A stretch of DNA of 64,000 bases, from assembly GCA_951406725.2 (NCBI GenBank), contig OX597840.1:29078001-29142000 (forward strand). Reading direction: 5' to 3'. The stretch is from Octopus vulgaris (taxonomy: Eukaryota). A program made the position numbers and the translations under genes. Of the stretch, positions 36,870-50,216 are shown piece by piece. Each line of letters opens with the position of its first letter. Within the stretch, counting starts at the first letter, position 1. The notes below the pieces were generated by a model. It ran no database searches and was not told the origin of the DNA. It worked only from the letters and a program-made list of their open reading frames with translations.

Positions 36870-37443
36870 GAGGTTGTGACAGGAGTGTTTCAAATGTGCA
36901 TATATATATATATATATATACACATACATACAAATATATATGTATTTAATACACAACCAAAACAGCTGCTTATAGTTTCATGTTTTTATGATACTTTAAC
37001 AAAACATATTTATGAAATACACCTTGTAGCTCAAAGCAATCTTTCAGGCTCTGTTTATGCATCAGATGTATCTAAAACAAAATAAGGACAATGGACATTG
37101 AGGGAATAAGGAAAAAATAAGAAGTAAAATGCCAAGAAAATCGATGCAAAAAAATGGAACAAGAAGAAAGAAATGAATGCCAGAAGACCAAGAATACCAC
37201 TCTGATTGCAAAAACCACAATTAATGCAGCCGTGTGTGTGTATGTGTATGTTTTGATATGTGGGTGCATGCTAATTTGTGTTTGTATATGTGTGCACGTG
37301 TGTGTGCATTTGTGTGTGTGTGTGTCTATGAGTATGAATATGTATGTGTGTGTCACAGCTCATGTTTCACTGCCATGTAGCAGAGCCATGTAGCATAGTT
37401 GAGCTATGACCCTCACACACACATATAAATTAGCATGCATATA

Positions 37444-37475
<32 letters not shown>

Positions 37476-37644
37476 TGTGTGTGTATGTATATATGTCTGT
37501 AAAGTATGTGTGTTGGTGTGCTTATGTATCTAAGGTTGTACATGTTGGTATTTGTGTCTGTGTATGTATGTTTGTGTGCATGTGTGTGTGTGTGAATATG
37601 TATGTGTGTAAGCACATTCTCACACATGCCTATATGAATAATTA

Positions 37645-37720
<76 letters not shown>

Positions 37721-37724
<4 letters not shown>

Positions 37725-38002
37725 GTTAGAGTAGCGGACTCGCGGTCGAGGGATCGCGGGTTCGAATCTCAGACCGGGCGATGTGTGTGTTTATAAGCGA
37801 AAACACCTAAGCTTCACACGGCTCCAGCAGAAGGTAATGGCGAATTTCTGCTAATGCTTTTGCCACAACTTTCTCTCACTCTTTCCTTCTGCATATTGCA
37901 GTTCACTTGTGATGGAACGGCGTCCCGTCCAGGTGGGGAACCTATATGCCAAGAAACTGGGAAACTGGACCTTATGAGCCAGTCATGGCTTGAGAAGGAA
38001 CA

Positions 38003-38005
<3 letters not shown>
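37721..38005 (+). mobile_element. SINE family B, tail type 2
   Basis: AGTGGTTAGAGTAGCGGACTCGCGG...GGTTCGAATCTC...GCGAAAACACCTAAG; 3' part differs from the 2770 copy. Confidence 0.85.
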
Positions 38006-38043
<38 letters not shown>

Positions 38044-38157
38044 TTATATATGTATATATATATATCTGTGTGCAAGTGTGTGTGCAATGTGTGTGCCTGT
38101 GTGAATGTGCGTGGATATGCATGTTTGTGCAAGTGTGCATGTAGTGTGTGTGTGTGT

Positions 38158-38375
38158 GAAGGCAGTGGGCTGACAGAATCATTGGCATGTCTGGCAAAAT
38201 GCTTGGTGGAATTTCATCAGTTTTTATGTTCTTGAGTTCAAGTTCTGCCAAGGTTGACTTTGCCTTTCATCCTTTCAGGTTTGATAGAATAAGTACCAGT
38301 TGAGTACTGGGGGTCGATGAAATTGACCCTATTACCTCTCTTGAACTCGCCTGCTTTGTGCCAATATTTGAAACA
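38158..38375 (+). mobile_element. SINE family C, diverged monomer
   Basis: GAGTTCAAGTTC...GCCTTTCATCCTTTCAGG...AATAAGTACCAG. Confidence 0.75.
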
Positions 38376-38515
38376 GATATATTGTATGTTTGCATGTGCA
38401 TGCCTGAGTTTCTATGTTTGTATATGTGTGCAGTTTGTGTTTTTGCATGTGTGTGTGCATGTGACTGTCTATGCATGTGTATATGCTTGGATATACATGT
38501 GTGCATGCACAATGC

Positions 38516-39623
38516 ACTGCTGAAAAGTTCCTGTCTTTGAGTAAAAGAAAATACAGGAGGATCATTTAATTATGGTTTTCTTCAACATATTTCCCTCTCA
38601 GATCCACACACTTATTGCAGTGGCCCTCCAGTTTACCTAAACCCTCTAAAAGAACTCAGAAGTTTAGGCCTCCAATCAGGCCTTTCACAATACCCTTAAA
38701 ACCAAGAACTTTTTGCACCCTTCATATATGTATGTATGTTTGATTGTATATATATATACATACACATACATAAGAGGGGCTGCTGAAAAGTTGCTAGCTT
38801 TGGGTAAAAGAAAATATAAGAGGATCAGTTAATTATGACGTTATTCAACATATTCCCCTCTCAGATTCACACACTTATTGCAGGGGTCCTTTAGGTATAT
38901 TTTATATATACATATGAGAGGGTGCTAAAAAGTTCCTGGTTTTGGGTAAAAGAAAATACAGGAGGATCAGTTAATTATGATTTTATTCAACATATTCCCC
39001 TCTCAGATTCACACACTTATTGCAGGGGTCCTTTAGGTATATTTTATATATACATATGAGAGGGTGCTAAAAAGTTCCTGGTTTTGGGTAAAAGAAAATA
39101 CAGGAGGATCATTTAATTATGGTTTTCTTCAACATATTTCCCTCTCAGATGCACACACTTATTGTAACAGTCCTTCAGTTTTTCTAAGCCCTATAAAAGA
39201 ACTCAGAAGTTTAGGCCTCCAATCAAGCCTTTTGCAACATCCTTAAAACCAAGAACTTTTTGCACCCTTCATGTATGTATGTATGTATGTATGTATGTAT
39301 GTATGTATGTATGTATGTATGTATGTATGTATGTATGTATGTATGTATGTTTGTATGCATGTATGTATGTATGTATATATACACACACACACATACACAT
39401 ACATAAGAGGGGTTGCTGAAAAGTTCCTGACTTCGGGTAAAAGAAAATATAAGAGGATCAGTTAATTATGACGTTATTCAACATATTCCCCTCTCAGATT
39501 CACACACTTATTGCAGTGTTCCCAGGAGGCCCAAACTTTCGGGCTCTTTTGAGCTCAAAAGTTTGGGCCTCCAACTAGGCCTTTCACGACATTCTTAGAA
39601 CCAGGAGCTTTTCAGCACACCCT
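38516..39623 (+). mobile_element. Cluster of five same-orientation mariner-type MITE copies (three complete, two half)
   Basis: TIR GAGGG..GCTGAAAAGTTCCTG / CCA(A/G)GA(A/G)CTTTT(T)(C)(A)GCACCC; starts at about 38516, 38773, 38915, 39057 and 39405. Confidence 0.85.
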
Positions 39624-40069
39624 ACCTTGCCTGGTGTGTGTGTGCATGAAAGGACTCCAATGTTTGATAGTAAAGTTTAAGAATGAACCTTCTAAATTGA
39701 AGACCTACCGACTGGCTTAAGAAACAATTAGCATATGAAGCTACCTTGGCTTTTGTTCAGGCCTTAATAGCATTTTAAGAAGAGATTAAATTCCATTTAA
39801 CGCTGGAAGGGTTTTAAGAACAAAACTTTCTCCAAATCATATGAGGAGGGAGATCCTCTGCTGAACAAGTCCCGCAGGGCTTGGCAAAATAAAAAAAATA
39901 AAGATACGGCACTTCCTTGTATGTTTAGTTCCTTATGTCATCTTGAGTAGGGATTATGTCCTGTTGTGGATGGAAGGAGTTTAGGGACAAACCAGCAAAA
40001 AAGAAAATTTAAAAACAATTTAATTTTCTGCTAACAACTAACAAATCACCCAAAGCAAAAGGTCACTAG

Positions 40070-40189
40070 AGTACCACTACTACCACCGCCACCACCACCG
40101 CCACCACCACCACCACCACCACCACCACCACTACCACCACTACCACCACCACCACCACCACCACCACTACCACCACCACCTCCACCACC

Positions 40190-40230
<41 letters not shown>

Positions 40231-40745
40231 CACCACCACCACCACCACCACCACCATATCTTCACTTATGTCACAACCATCACTAGTACAAGCACAAGCA
40301 ATAGCACCGTCAGTACCACTACTACCACTGCCACCACCACCACCACCAGCAATACCATCAGCACCACCACCACTAGCACCACCACCACCAGCGACACCAT
40401 CATCTGTGGCACTACCACTAGTGGCGACACCACCAGTAGCACCAACACCAGCGACATTACCCCACCTCCACCAGCGGCACCACCACCACCAGTGACACCA
40501 CCACTATCAGTGGCATCACCCACAACCCCCAGTGACACCACCACCAGCAGCACCACCAGCAGTGGCATTTACATCACCAGCACCAACAACAACATCACCA
40601 CTACCATCACCACCATCATCACCCCACTGCCACCACCAACAACAACAGCAACAGCAACAACAACAATTCTGCCACTGCTACCACCACCACCACCACCACC
40701 ACCAATAATACTACTACAAATAACAACAACAACAACAGCAACACT
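40070..40745. repeat. (ACC/ACT/ACA)n trinucleotide mosaic
   Basis: Directly visible. Confidence 0.9.
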
Positions 40746-41472
40746 CAATCAATACCCGCTTCACAGTAGTTAAAAAATGCAGGACTTAGAATCTGCGAGA
40801 GATGCTTTACTAACATGGCTGGTGTTTGCTGAGCAATCAAGTTAATATGGACAGAACAAGGAAGAATTTCAAGACAGCCAAAGCAGGAGCAAAAGAACAA
40901 ACCAGAAAAAAAAAACAAAAAAAATATTGTCTGAATCTCATTAATACGTCTGGAAGGAATAAGGAAGGATTTTTTTTCTTCTGTTTATATATTTATTGTT
41001 TTTGTGATTATCGGAAGAGAATAAGTAGATACATGAGGCCGTTGTTTGAGGGGAGAAGAGAGTCGATATGATGAGATATGGATGGAAAATATATGAATTC
41101 TTTTGGTATTGCATACAGATGTGTACTGATATGTGTGTGCGCGATAGAATTTATTACATGTATGTGTATATATGTTTGTATATATTATACTAATATACAT
41201 ATATATTATATATATATTGTACACATATGATTATATATATTCATATACACACACATATATACATACATATATACATCACTGATGGAGTGCTTTTTTGTTG
41301 ACCTTAATAGAACAGTAAACAATATATATACAATCATGCACATATGGATACATATATGGGATATATATATATATATATATATTTATGCACTCACATTTTA
41401 TATATGTTTGTGTTTATATACATACATTATACATGAGTATGCATGTGTGTGTATATATATATATATATCAAT

Positions 41473-41685
41473 GAGAATGTGACCTCGTGTGTACCGTTGG
41501 CGATTTTTTTCCCTCTGTCTTCCCTTCTCTGGATCTTTCCTTCTCCTATGTTTCCGATGAAGAGCTCCGCTCGAAACGTTAAACCCTCCTTCTTTCCTTC
41601 TTTTCTGAGCGTCCAATAATACTATATTTGTTCCACGTCCTCGTGTTGCTGTGTTTTTTTGTGTTTTCTTGTTTGGATTAACTTT
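41473..41685 (+). mobile_element. Second copy of the 15550 Penelope-like element, hammerhead at 41550-41584 (U4C variant)
   Basis: GTTT-CCGATGA-A-GAGC-tcc-GCTC-GAA-ACGT-T-AAAC. Confidence 0.7.
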
Positions 41686-41845
41686 TATATATATACCCAT
41701 ATACATACATATTGACTATAAAATATTTCCTTATCTATATCAATCTAGCTATCTGTCTCTTTTTGTCAGCCTATTTTTCATTCTGCCTGTCCTGTGGTCT
41801 GGTCTCAACATATATGTATACATATATATTATATAATATGCATGC

Positions 41846-41933
<88 letters not shown>

Positions 41934-42003
41934 ATTATATATATATATATATATATGCATATGTATGTATGTATGTAAGTGTATATATCTATATCTATCT
42001 ATC

Positions 42004-42040
<37 letters not shown>

Positions 42041-42539
42041 GTATATACATTTATATTTATATTTATATTTATATATATAGTGCATACACATATATAAGTG
42101 TGTATATATGTATACATACATATGTGTATGTGTGAGTGTGAAAACTTATATTTGTTCTAATATAGTCTGTTGTTTATGTGAACAAATATATTCATATGAC
42201 TTCGTTATTTTCATTTGCTTAGTCCAATAATATTAATGTTTATTAAATGTACTTGTTTCCTTTTTTTCATTTTTCTTCTATGAATAAACATTGCCAGAGA
42301 AAAAGAGAAGACAAAAGAAATAGAAGGCAAAGTTGGGGTCAAGGAGGTCAGTAAATTCGATAGAGTTTAGCAGACTGAACAAACAGGATAAAGATATATG
42401 AGAAAGAAAAGAGGTTATCTGCAGGGAGGAGAGCATTATGTAATATGTTGATGTCACTGCTAACACTGCATTAATAAGTTACATGGTGCTTACAGTGAAC
42501 TATTTCAAGAGTCCTTTGCATCATCACAGCTACTTATTC

Positions 42540-42785
42540 TGTCATTCACACTTGAGAAAAGCCACAACATTTTCAAAGCATATTTGAAATTAGAAGATAA
42601 AATAAAAACCACCAGCATTATGTGAACAGTGTTAGATAAAATGCAAGCATCTGAGAACGTGTCAAACTGCTGTGACCTCTGTCTTGCAGAAAAATTCCGC
42701 ATTACTCACGAAGTCGACCCAATCTTCAATAAAAGGATCTAAATTTTGCATGCAAAGAACCAGTTCTTCCTCAGTGATTCCAAAA
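42540..42785 (+). pseudogene. Decayed Penelope-like GIY-YIG endonuclease C-terminal fragment
   Basis: ATTFSKHI* ... IM*TVLDK...CCDLCLAEKFRI...FNKR resembles the PLE motif T.LS.YIW...I.W.I...C.LCL.EK..I...LNKR. Confidence 0.6.
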
Positions 42786-42789
42786 TGGA

Positions 42790-43199
42790 TACTCTTTACT
42801 CTCTTTTACTCTTTTACTTGTTTCAGTCATTTGACTGCGGCCATGCTGGAGCACTGCCTTTAATCGAGCAACTCGACCCCAGGACTCATTCTTTTGTAAG
42901 CTCAGTACTTATTCTATCGGTCTCTTTTGCCGAACCGCGAAGTAATGGGGACATAAACACACCAGTATCGGTTGTCAAGCAATGCTAGGGGGACAAACAC
43001 AGACAACCAACACACACGCATATATATATATATACATATATATGATGGGCTTCTTTCAGTTTCCGTCTACCAAATCCACTCACAAGGCTTTGGTCGGCCT
43101 GAGGCTATAGTAGAAGACACTTGCCCAAGGTGTCACACAGTGGGACTGAACCCAGAACCATGTGGTTGGTAAACAAGCTACTTACCACACAGCCACTCC
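42790..43199 (-). mobile_element. SINE family A
   Basis: Full match. Confidence 0.9.
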
Positions 43200-43405
43200 A
43201 GTAATTAATGACAATCTGCTGTGTTTTTTGCTGTTACAGTCATTCCATTTCTTTGCTTTTTAACCTTTTGGTGTGTTTCTGTGACTGAAAGGTGGAGTGA
43301 ATAAAACCAATAATCTGAGTATATACATGTATATCCCACATAATTTAAGATACATTAATTAAGATACATTAGGCATTACACATAAATTGTATGTTTTTTA
43401 TAATT

Positions 43406-43820
43406 AGGCGCAGGAGTGGTTGTGTGGTAAGTAGCTTATTTACCAATCACATGGTTTCGGGTTCAGTCCCACTGCGTGGCACCTTGGGCAAGTGTCTTCT
43501 ACTATAGCCTCAGGCCGCCCAAAGCCTTGTGAGTGGATTTGGTAGACGGAAACTGAAAGAAGCCCGTCGTATATATGTATATATATATATATGCGTGTGT
43601 GTGTTTGTGTGTCTGTGTTTGTCCCTCCAGCATTGCTTGACAACCGATGCTGGTGTGTTTACGTCCCCGTCACTTAGCAGTTCGTCAAAAGAGACTGATA
43701 GAATAAGTACTGGGCTTACGAAGAGTAAGTCCCGGGGTCGATTTGCTTGACTAAAGGTGGTGCTCCAGCATGGCCACAGTCAAATGACTGAAACAAGTAA
43801 AAGAGTAACGAGTAAGAGTA
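43406..43820 (+). mobile_element. SINE family A flanked by a ~65-80 bp direct duplication
   Basis: Flanks 43329-43409 and 43818-43885. Confidence 0.9.
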
Positions 43821-44399
43821 TATCCCATATAAATTAAGATACATTAGGCATTAGACAGAAATTGTATGTCTTTTTGTAATTAGGCAAAAACAGAGTAAAA
43901 CTGACAAAAAGAATACAGTGAACCTGCTTTGGCAATTGGAAAATTGAAAGATTCAAATAAAGGTCCTTTTTCAGGGAGAAGTTTACAGGAGAGAAATTAA
44001 AGAGTGATTGCAGAGTTCTATATCCTCTAAGGCAGAGCAATTGGCTGCAACTGATGAGAAACACAGGACCACAAGACCACAGGACCATCACACATTGACT
44101 GTAGGCGAGAGAAAGTTGGTGAGAGAAGTGGAAGGAAAGAGGGATGGAATGAAGAGAAGATGGTGAAGGTAAAAGTGAAGGGAAGGAAAAAGACTAAAGA
44201 AGTTGCAAAATAATAAGATTACTGAAGAAAGAATGGAGGGGGAGAGAGGTTCGTTTGAACTTGTTTTTAACCTGGTCCATTTTCAAGGAAAAGTTTACAA
44301 AAGAGAAATTAAAGAGAGATGACAGAGGTTTACATCCTCTAAGGTAAAACAACTGGCTGCAGCTGATAAGGACAACAGAATCCCAGGAGCTTCATACAT

Positions 44400-44612
44400 T
44401 CATCATCATCATTTAACGTCCATTTTTCCATGCTGGCATGAGTTGGATGTTTGACCAGAGCTTGCAAGTTGGGGAGCTACACCAGGCTATGCTTCGATTT
44501 TGCATGGTTTCTATATATACTTTACAGAGTGTGTTGGGTACTTTTGTGTGGCACTGCACAAGTGCTTTAACGTGGCACCAGCATGAGTGCCTTTTACATG
44601 GCACTGGCACAG
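44400..44612 (-). mobile_element. Diverged RTE 3' UTR copy
   Basis: CATCATTTAACGTCCATTTTTCCATGCTGGCATG. Confidence 0.8.
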
Positions 44613-44627
44613 GATTCTTGTGGATCA

Positions 44628-44870
44628 ATCCTCTTCATTATTTACATTATTTACATTTGACAGATATTTGCCCTCATCCTGTTTGTTGTTAACACAACAT
44701 TTCGGCTGATATACCCTCCAGCCTTCATCAGGTGTCTTGAGGAAATTTCGAACCTTTGTTCTCATTTCTAAGGAATACCTTAACAACAAACAAGATGAGG
44801 ACAAATATCCGTTAAATGTAAATAATGTAAATAATGTACATAATTCCTCAACTCTTAAATATAGAACTGT
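44628..44870 (-). mobile_element. Inverted-repeat cassette with hammerhead (44692-44735); Penelope-like
   Basis: Minus: ACAC-CTGATGA-A-GGCTG-gagggtatat-CAGCC-GAA-ATGT-T-GTGT. Arms 44636-44692 and 44780-44837 are inverted. Confidence 0.75.
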
Positions 44871-45139
44871 GATATTTATGTTTGTTTTTATTTTAAGTTT
44901 GAAAATATTGTGCCCCTTTGTAAAAAAATTTGGGACCTGGATTTGCATCCCTGAAGCAAATCCTGTTCCCAACCATTTGCTTCTAGGTTTACTGTCAGTT
45001 GGCTCTGCTTGAATCTGTCTTGCAATTTTTTTCCTGTGACACTTATCATCATCATCATCATCCCCCTTCTCCTCTTCATCACCTTTTAATATCCTTTTTC
45101 ATGCTGGCATGGGTTGGATGGTTTGACAGGAGGTTTGAC

Positions 45140-45560
45140 AAAGGTGGCGAGCTGGCAGAAACGTTAGCACGCTGGGTGAAATGCGTAGCTGTATTTTGTC
45201 TGCCGTTACGTTCTGAGTTCAAATCCCGCTGTGGTTGACTTTGCCTTTCACCCTTTCGGGGTCAATAAATTAAGTACCAGTTTCACACTGTGGTCGATGT
45301 AATCGACTTAATCCCTTTGTCTGTCCTTGTTTGTCCTCTCTGTGTGTAGCCCCTTGTGGGTAGTAAAGAAATAGGTATATTGTCTGCTGTTACGTTCTGA
45401 GTTCAAATTCCACTGAGGTCGACTTTGCCTTTCATCCTTTTGGGGTCGATAAATTAAGTACCAGTTATGCACTGGGGTTGATGTAATCAACTTGATCCGT
45501 TTGTCTGTCCTTGTTTGTCCCCTCTGTGTGTAGCCCCTTGTGGGTAGTAAACAAATAGGT
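45140..45560 (+). mobile_element. SINE family C dimer inserted in a minus-strand RTE tail (45085-45950)
   Basis: Head GGTGGCGAGCTGGCAGAAACGTTAGC; GGTTTGACA(GG) repeated on both sides. Confidence 0.85.
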
Positions 45561-45949
45561 TTGACAGGAGACAGCAAGACAAGGGGCTGAACCAGGCTCC
45601 ATTTGTCTGTTTGGGCACGGTTTCCATGGCTGGATGCCCTTCCCTAATTCCAACCACTTTACAGAGTGTAATGGGTGATTTTCACATGGCACCAGCATGG
45701 GGTCACCAAATAGCTTGCAAGACAAAAACTTCCTGGCGGAGAGTTGAAGATCAGGATTTTACTATGTGTCTTGTCAAGCACATCAAATTCTCTGAGATTT
45801 CAGTTCCCTCTCATCTCTTTTGGGAGGTTCAACATCTGTCTATCATTTGTCCCCACTTCATTTTCAGGTCTTCACGGGGTTACCCCTTCCATATTTTCCC
45901 TCTGCAATTAGAGAATGATGTTTCTTGATGCAGCTCTCCTCATCCATGT

Positions 45950-46295
45950 GAAGGCACATAGTTCACTGGTTAGAGCAATAGGCTCACAAACATGAGGTAG
46001 TGAGTTCAATTCCTGAACAGGGCTGTGTGTTGTGATCTTGAGCAAGGCACTTTATTTCCTGTTGCTCCAGTTCACCCAACTGTAGAAATGAGCTGTGGCA
46101 TCACTGGTGCCAAGCTGTATCGGCCCCTTTGCCTTTCTCTTGGATAACATCAGTGGTGTGGAGAGGGGAGGCTGGTAAGCATGGGTGACTGCTGGTCTTC
46201 CACAGACAGCCTTGCCTGAGCTTGTGCCTAGAGAGGAACTTTTTAGGTACAATCCTATGATCATTCACGACTGAAGGGGGTCTGTACCCTTTACC
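45950..46295 (+). mobile_element. tRNA-derived SINE family D (CORE-like centre), interrupting an RTE fragment
   Basis: CTGGTTAGAGCA...GAGTTCAATTCC...TCTTGAGCAAGGCACTTTA; RTE sequence resumes at about 46298. Confidence 0.7.
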
Positions 46296-46364
46296 CTCTT
46301 CCATACATGTCCCATGACCATATCAGCACAGTCTTCTCCCTTGCACACAACATCTGATGCTTCT

Positions 46365-46828
46365 ATAATAATAATAATAATGAAATTATTGTATACAGTG
46401 CTCAGGTGCACCACAACTTGTCAAAAGTGCATATAAAGCATATGCAGTAATGTAGAAATGTCTGGGATGTGAACAGTGTATGAGTCAGATACAGGCTTGT
46501 GTGTGTATGGAGGGGAGAAAATCAGGTGTAGTGTTGGCGAATCTCAGGAAGCATGGAAGTTTTGAAGGATGCTGTGCTCCGACAACTAACAACTGATGCC
46601 GGCAGCTTGTTCCATTCTTCAGCAACTCTCAGCGGGAAAAAATGTTTCCTAAAGTCATGGGAGCTGTGCTGTTTTCTGACTTTGTAAACATGTCCATGGG
46701 TGTTAGACAGGTGGAGTTTGAAAAGGTGCTCAGAGTTATTGTTAGTAAGATGGTTAATAATTCTATGGGTGTCTGTCAAGTCAGCTGCCAGACGTCGGAG
46801 TTTCAATGTGTCCATGTCCAGGGAAGTA
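46365..46828 (-). mobile_element. CR1/L2-group LINE 3' end
   Basis: TLKLRRLAADL...THGHVYKV...RKHFFPLRVAEEWNKLP...FK; (TTA)n tail. Confidence 0.85.
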
Positions 46829-47264
46829 ACTAATTTCTTATACCCAGTTTTCCTTTTAAATCCTTTACACTCTCTCGTACATTACCCACCCAGCAAAGCA
46901 GGCTGGCTTCCTTTCTTTCAAGCCTTCGCATGGCCTCTGTAATCCCACCCCACGTTTTACCACCATGTAATACAGCTGTAATCTTATTATTAAATACAAA
47001 TCTATCTGCATTATCTCATCAGTGTACATTCCAGTGATACACCAGTGATTCTACACTATACCATTCTGTTAACAGATTCTTCTTATTTCTAATCTTACTT
47101 TAACATTCCGCCTAGTTTTAAAAAATGGTTGCATTAGAATCAACAACGATTAATCCACTTTCATCCTGGTAATCTCAAAACTTTCACAAGTTTCTTAAAG
47201 TGACTTATTGCCTGTAACCAAATTACCATGAACACTTCATACCATAAAAAAAATTCTTTGTCTC

Positions 47265-47570
47265 CTATCATCATCATCAGCAACATCGTCTCATAGTCAT
47301 CATCATCATCATCATCATCAACATCATCATCATCATCATCATCATCAACATCGTCATCATTATCATCATCATCATCAACATCATCATCATGATCATCATC
47401 ATGATCATCATCATGATCATCATCATCATCATCATCAACATCGTCATCATTATCATCATCATCATCATCAACACTATCATCGGTCAAATCATCATCATCA
47501 TCATTATCAACATCATCATCATCATCATCCTCATCTTTGTTGTTGTCATCATCATCACCATCCTTATCCT
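47265..47570. repeat. (CAT)n microsatellite
   Basis: Directly visible. Confidence 0.95.
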
Positions 47571-47574
47571 TATT

Positions 47575-48685
47575 ATGAAGGCAGAATTGTCAGCACGCCA
47601 GGCAAAGTGCTTGGCAGAGTTCGAATTCTACTGAAGTTGCTTTTACCTTTCATCCTTTCGGGGGTCGATAAACTAAGTACCAGTGAAACACTGGGGTCAA
47701 TCTAATCAACTAGTACCTTCCCCTAAAATTTCAGGCCTTGTGCCTATAATAGAAAGGATTATTATCATTATTGGTGGTATGTCGTGCGCTGACAGGATTG
47801 TTAGCCCATCGGACAAATTGCTTATCAGCATTTCATCCCATCTGCATGTCCTGAATTGAAATTCTGCTGAGGTTGACTTCGCTTTTCATCCCTTTCAAGG
47901 CCGATAAAATAAGTACCGGTTGAGCATTGGTGCCATTACTTCCTTGTGCCAATATCATTGGCCTTGGGCCATAATTTGAAGCAATTATTACTATCATTAT
48001 CATTAGTGGTATTTCGTATGTCTTTATGTTCTGAATTCAAATTCACTTGAGATCGACTTCATATTTTTTCAGGGTCAATAAAATAAGTACCATTTGAGCC
48101 CTGGGGTTGCTGTAATCAGGCCTTGTGCCTATAGTAGAAAGGATCATAATTATTAATACGGTGGTGAGCTGGCAGAAACATTAGCATGCCAGGTGAAATG
48201 CTTAGCGGTATTTCGTCTGCCGCTACGTTCTGAGTTCAAATTCCCCCGAGGTTGACTTTGCCTTTCACCCTTTCAGGGTCAATTAAATAAGTACCAGTTA
48301 CACACCGGGGTCGATGTAATCGACTTAATCCATTTGTCTGTCCTTGTTTGTCCCCTCTGTGTTTAGCCCCTTGTGGGTAGTAAAGAAACAGGTATTTCGT
48401 CTGCCATTACGTTCTAAGTTCAAATTCCACTGAGGTCGACTTTGCCTTTCACCCTTTTGGGGTCGATAAATAAAGTACCAGTTATGCACTGGGGTCGATG
48501 TAATCAACTTAATCCGTTTGTTTTGTCCTTGTTTGTCCCCTCTGTGTTTAGCCCCTTGAGGGTAGTAAAGAAATAGGTATTTTGTTCAGAGTTCAAATTC
48601 TGCTGAGGTCGACTTTGCCTTTCATCCTCTCAGTAGGGGGTTGATAAATTAAGTACCAGGCCTTGTGCCTTTAGTAGAAAGGGTT
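47575..48685 (+). mobile_element. Cluster of SINE family C copies (three old monomers and a 2.5-unit multimer at 48160-48660)
   Basis: Repeated CTTTCA(T/C)CCTTT..GGGTCGATAAA.TAAGTACCAG; tails GGCCTTGTGCCTATAGTAGAAAGG. Confidence 0.85.
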
Positions 48686-48867
48686 ATTATTATTATTATT
48701 ATTATTATTATTTGTTATATACATATTGATGTTGTATCACATTTGATAGGTCTAAAACATCCTTTGATATTGTCCTCAATATGTTGGGCCCCTGTGACCA
48801 GTAAATAAAATCATCATTATCATTTTACTATTGTTATTAGTGCTGTTGTTGTTGTTGCTATTATCAT

Positions 48868-48932
<65 letters not shown>

Positions 48933-48961
48933 TCATTATTATTATTATTATTATTATTATA

Positions 48962-49009
<48 letters not shown>

Positions 49010-49874
49010 TGGAAATTCCCTTTTACTGTTTTATCGATCTGAAGTATGGAAACTAGACTAACTAAAAACCAGAATAAAATAAAAGAGCACACAGAAGAAA
49101 AAAATAAAACAAAACACAAATAAAATCCCCCCCGAAACACAAATAAAACCCCCCAAAAATCAAAGAAAATTTGTCGAAAGATCTCATTTGATTAGTTTTA
49201 ATGTAAAAGTTGTGTTATTTTTGCGGTTTAAGAACTTTAATCTCGAGCAACAGACAGCAAGAATAAATGCAAAGCCCTTTGAATTAATAACAGCACTTAC
49301 CATTTACAAGTGCCATATAGTTTATTCCAATATTGTTCTTTATTTATTTGGCATTATGTTGGAATATTGTAACATGTTCTTGTTGCTGCTGTTGTTGAAG
49401 TGGTTTTCTAAATGGTTTTTCAAGTGAGTATTCTTGGATTGAGATAAAAAGAAAATTAAAACCGAAAATAAAATGTATCACAAATCATGGAATATTCTTT
49501 GTTGCATCATTTTTTTTCTTAGAATGTCTTTTATTATTGTTATTTATTATAGTATAAAGGTTCTTTTTTTCTTTCTTTTTTTTTTACCGATTTTTAAATA
49601 AAGTATCGAGAATTGAGGAAATTTTATAACACATTTCAGAATATATTTGTGTCATGTCTAGGAATTTTATCCTTGTTTTCGATTTAATTTTTGTTTTATT
49701 TTATAGTTTTTATTTTATATTCTCAAGCGATCTATAGTGAAAGTTCTGGTGTTAATATTTTAATCTGGCGAGGAACGGAGGAATTAAGTTTGTTTTATAT
49801 ATAGGTCTGTGTATGTGCATGTGTGTGTGTGTGTGTCTATGTACATACCATTAGCTTCCCCATCATCATCATAA

Positions 49875-50216
49875 TTGCCAGCGCCACCATCGTCTGGCTT
49901 CCGTGCCGGTGGCACGTAAAAAGCACCATCTGAGCGTGACCGATGCCAGTGCCGCCTTCACTGGCTTCCGTGCCGGTGGCATGTTAAAAGCACCAACCGA
50001 TCGTGGCCACTGCCAGACTCCCCTGGCACCTGTGCTGGTGGCACGTAAAAAGCACCCACTACACTCGCAGAGTGGTTGGCATTAGGAAGGGCATCCAGCT
50101 GTAGAAACTCTGCCAGATCAAGACTGGAGCCTGGTGCAGCCTCCTGGCTTCCCAGACCCCGGTCAAACCGTCCAACCCATGCTGGCATGGAAAACAGACG
50201 TTAAATGATGATGATG
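49875..50216 (+). mobile_element. 5'-truncated RTE 3' UTR copy with three hairpin units
   Basis: GTGC(C/T)GGTGGCA.GT.AAAAGCACC three times, then the terminus. Confidence 0.9.

Noticed and set aside
39640-41070. Host exons in unique-looking segments (also 32560-32990, 49020-49800 and 60840-61020)
   Set aside because: No convincing splice-bounded ORF or recognisable homology by eye; cannot be excluded without RNA data.
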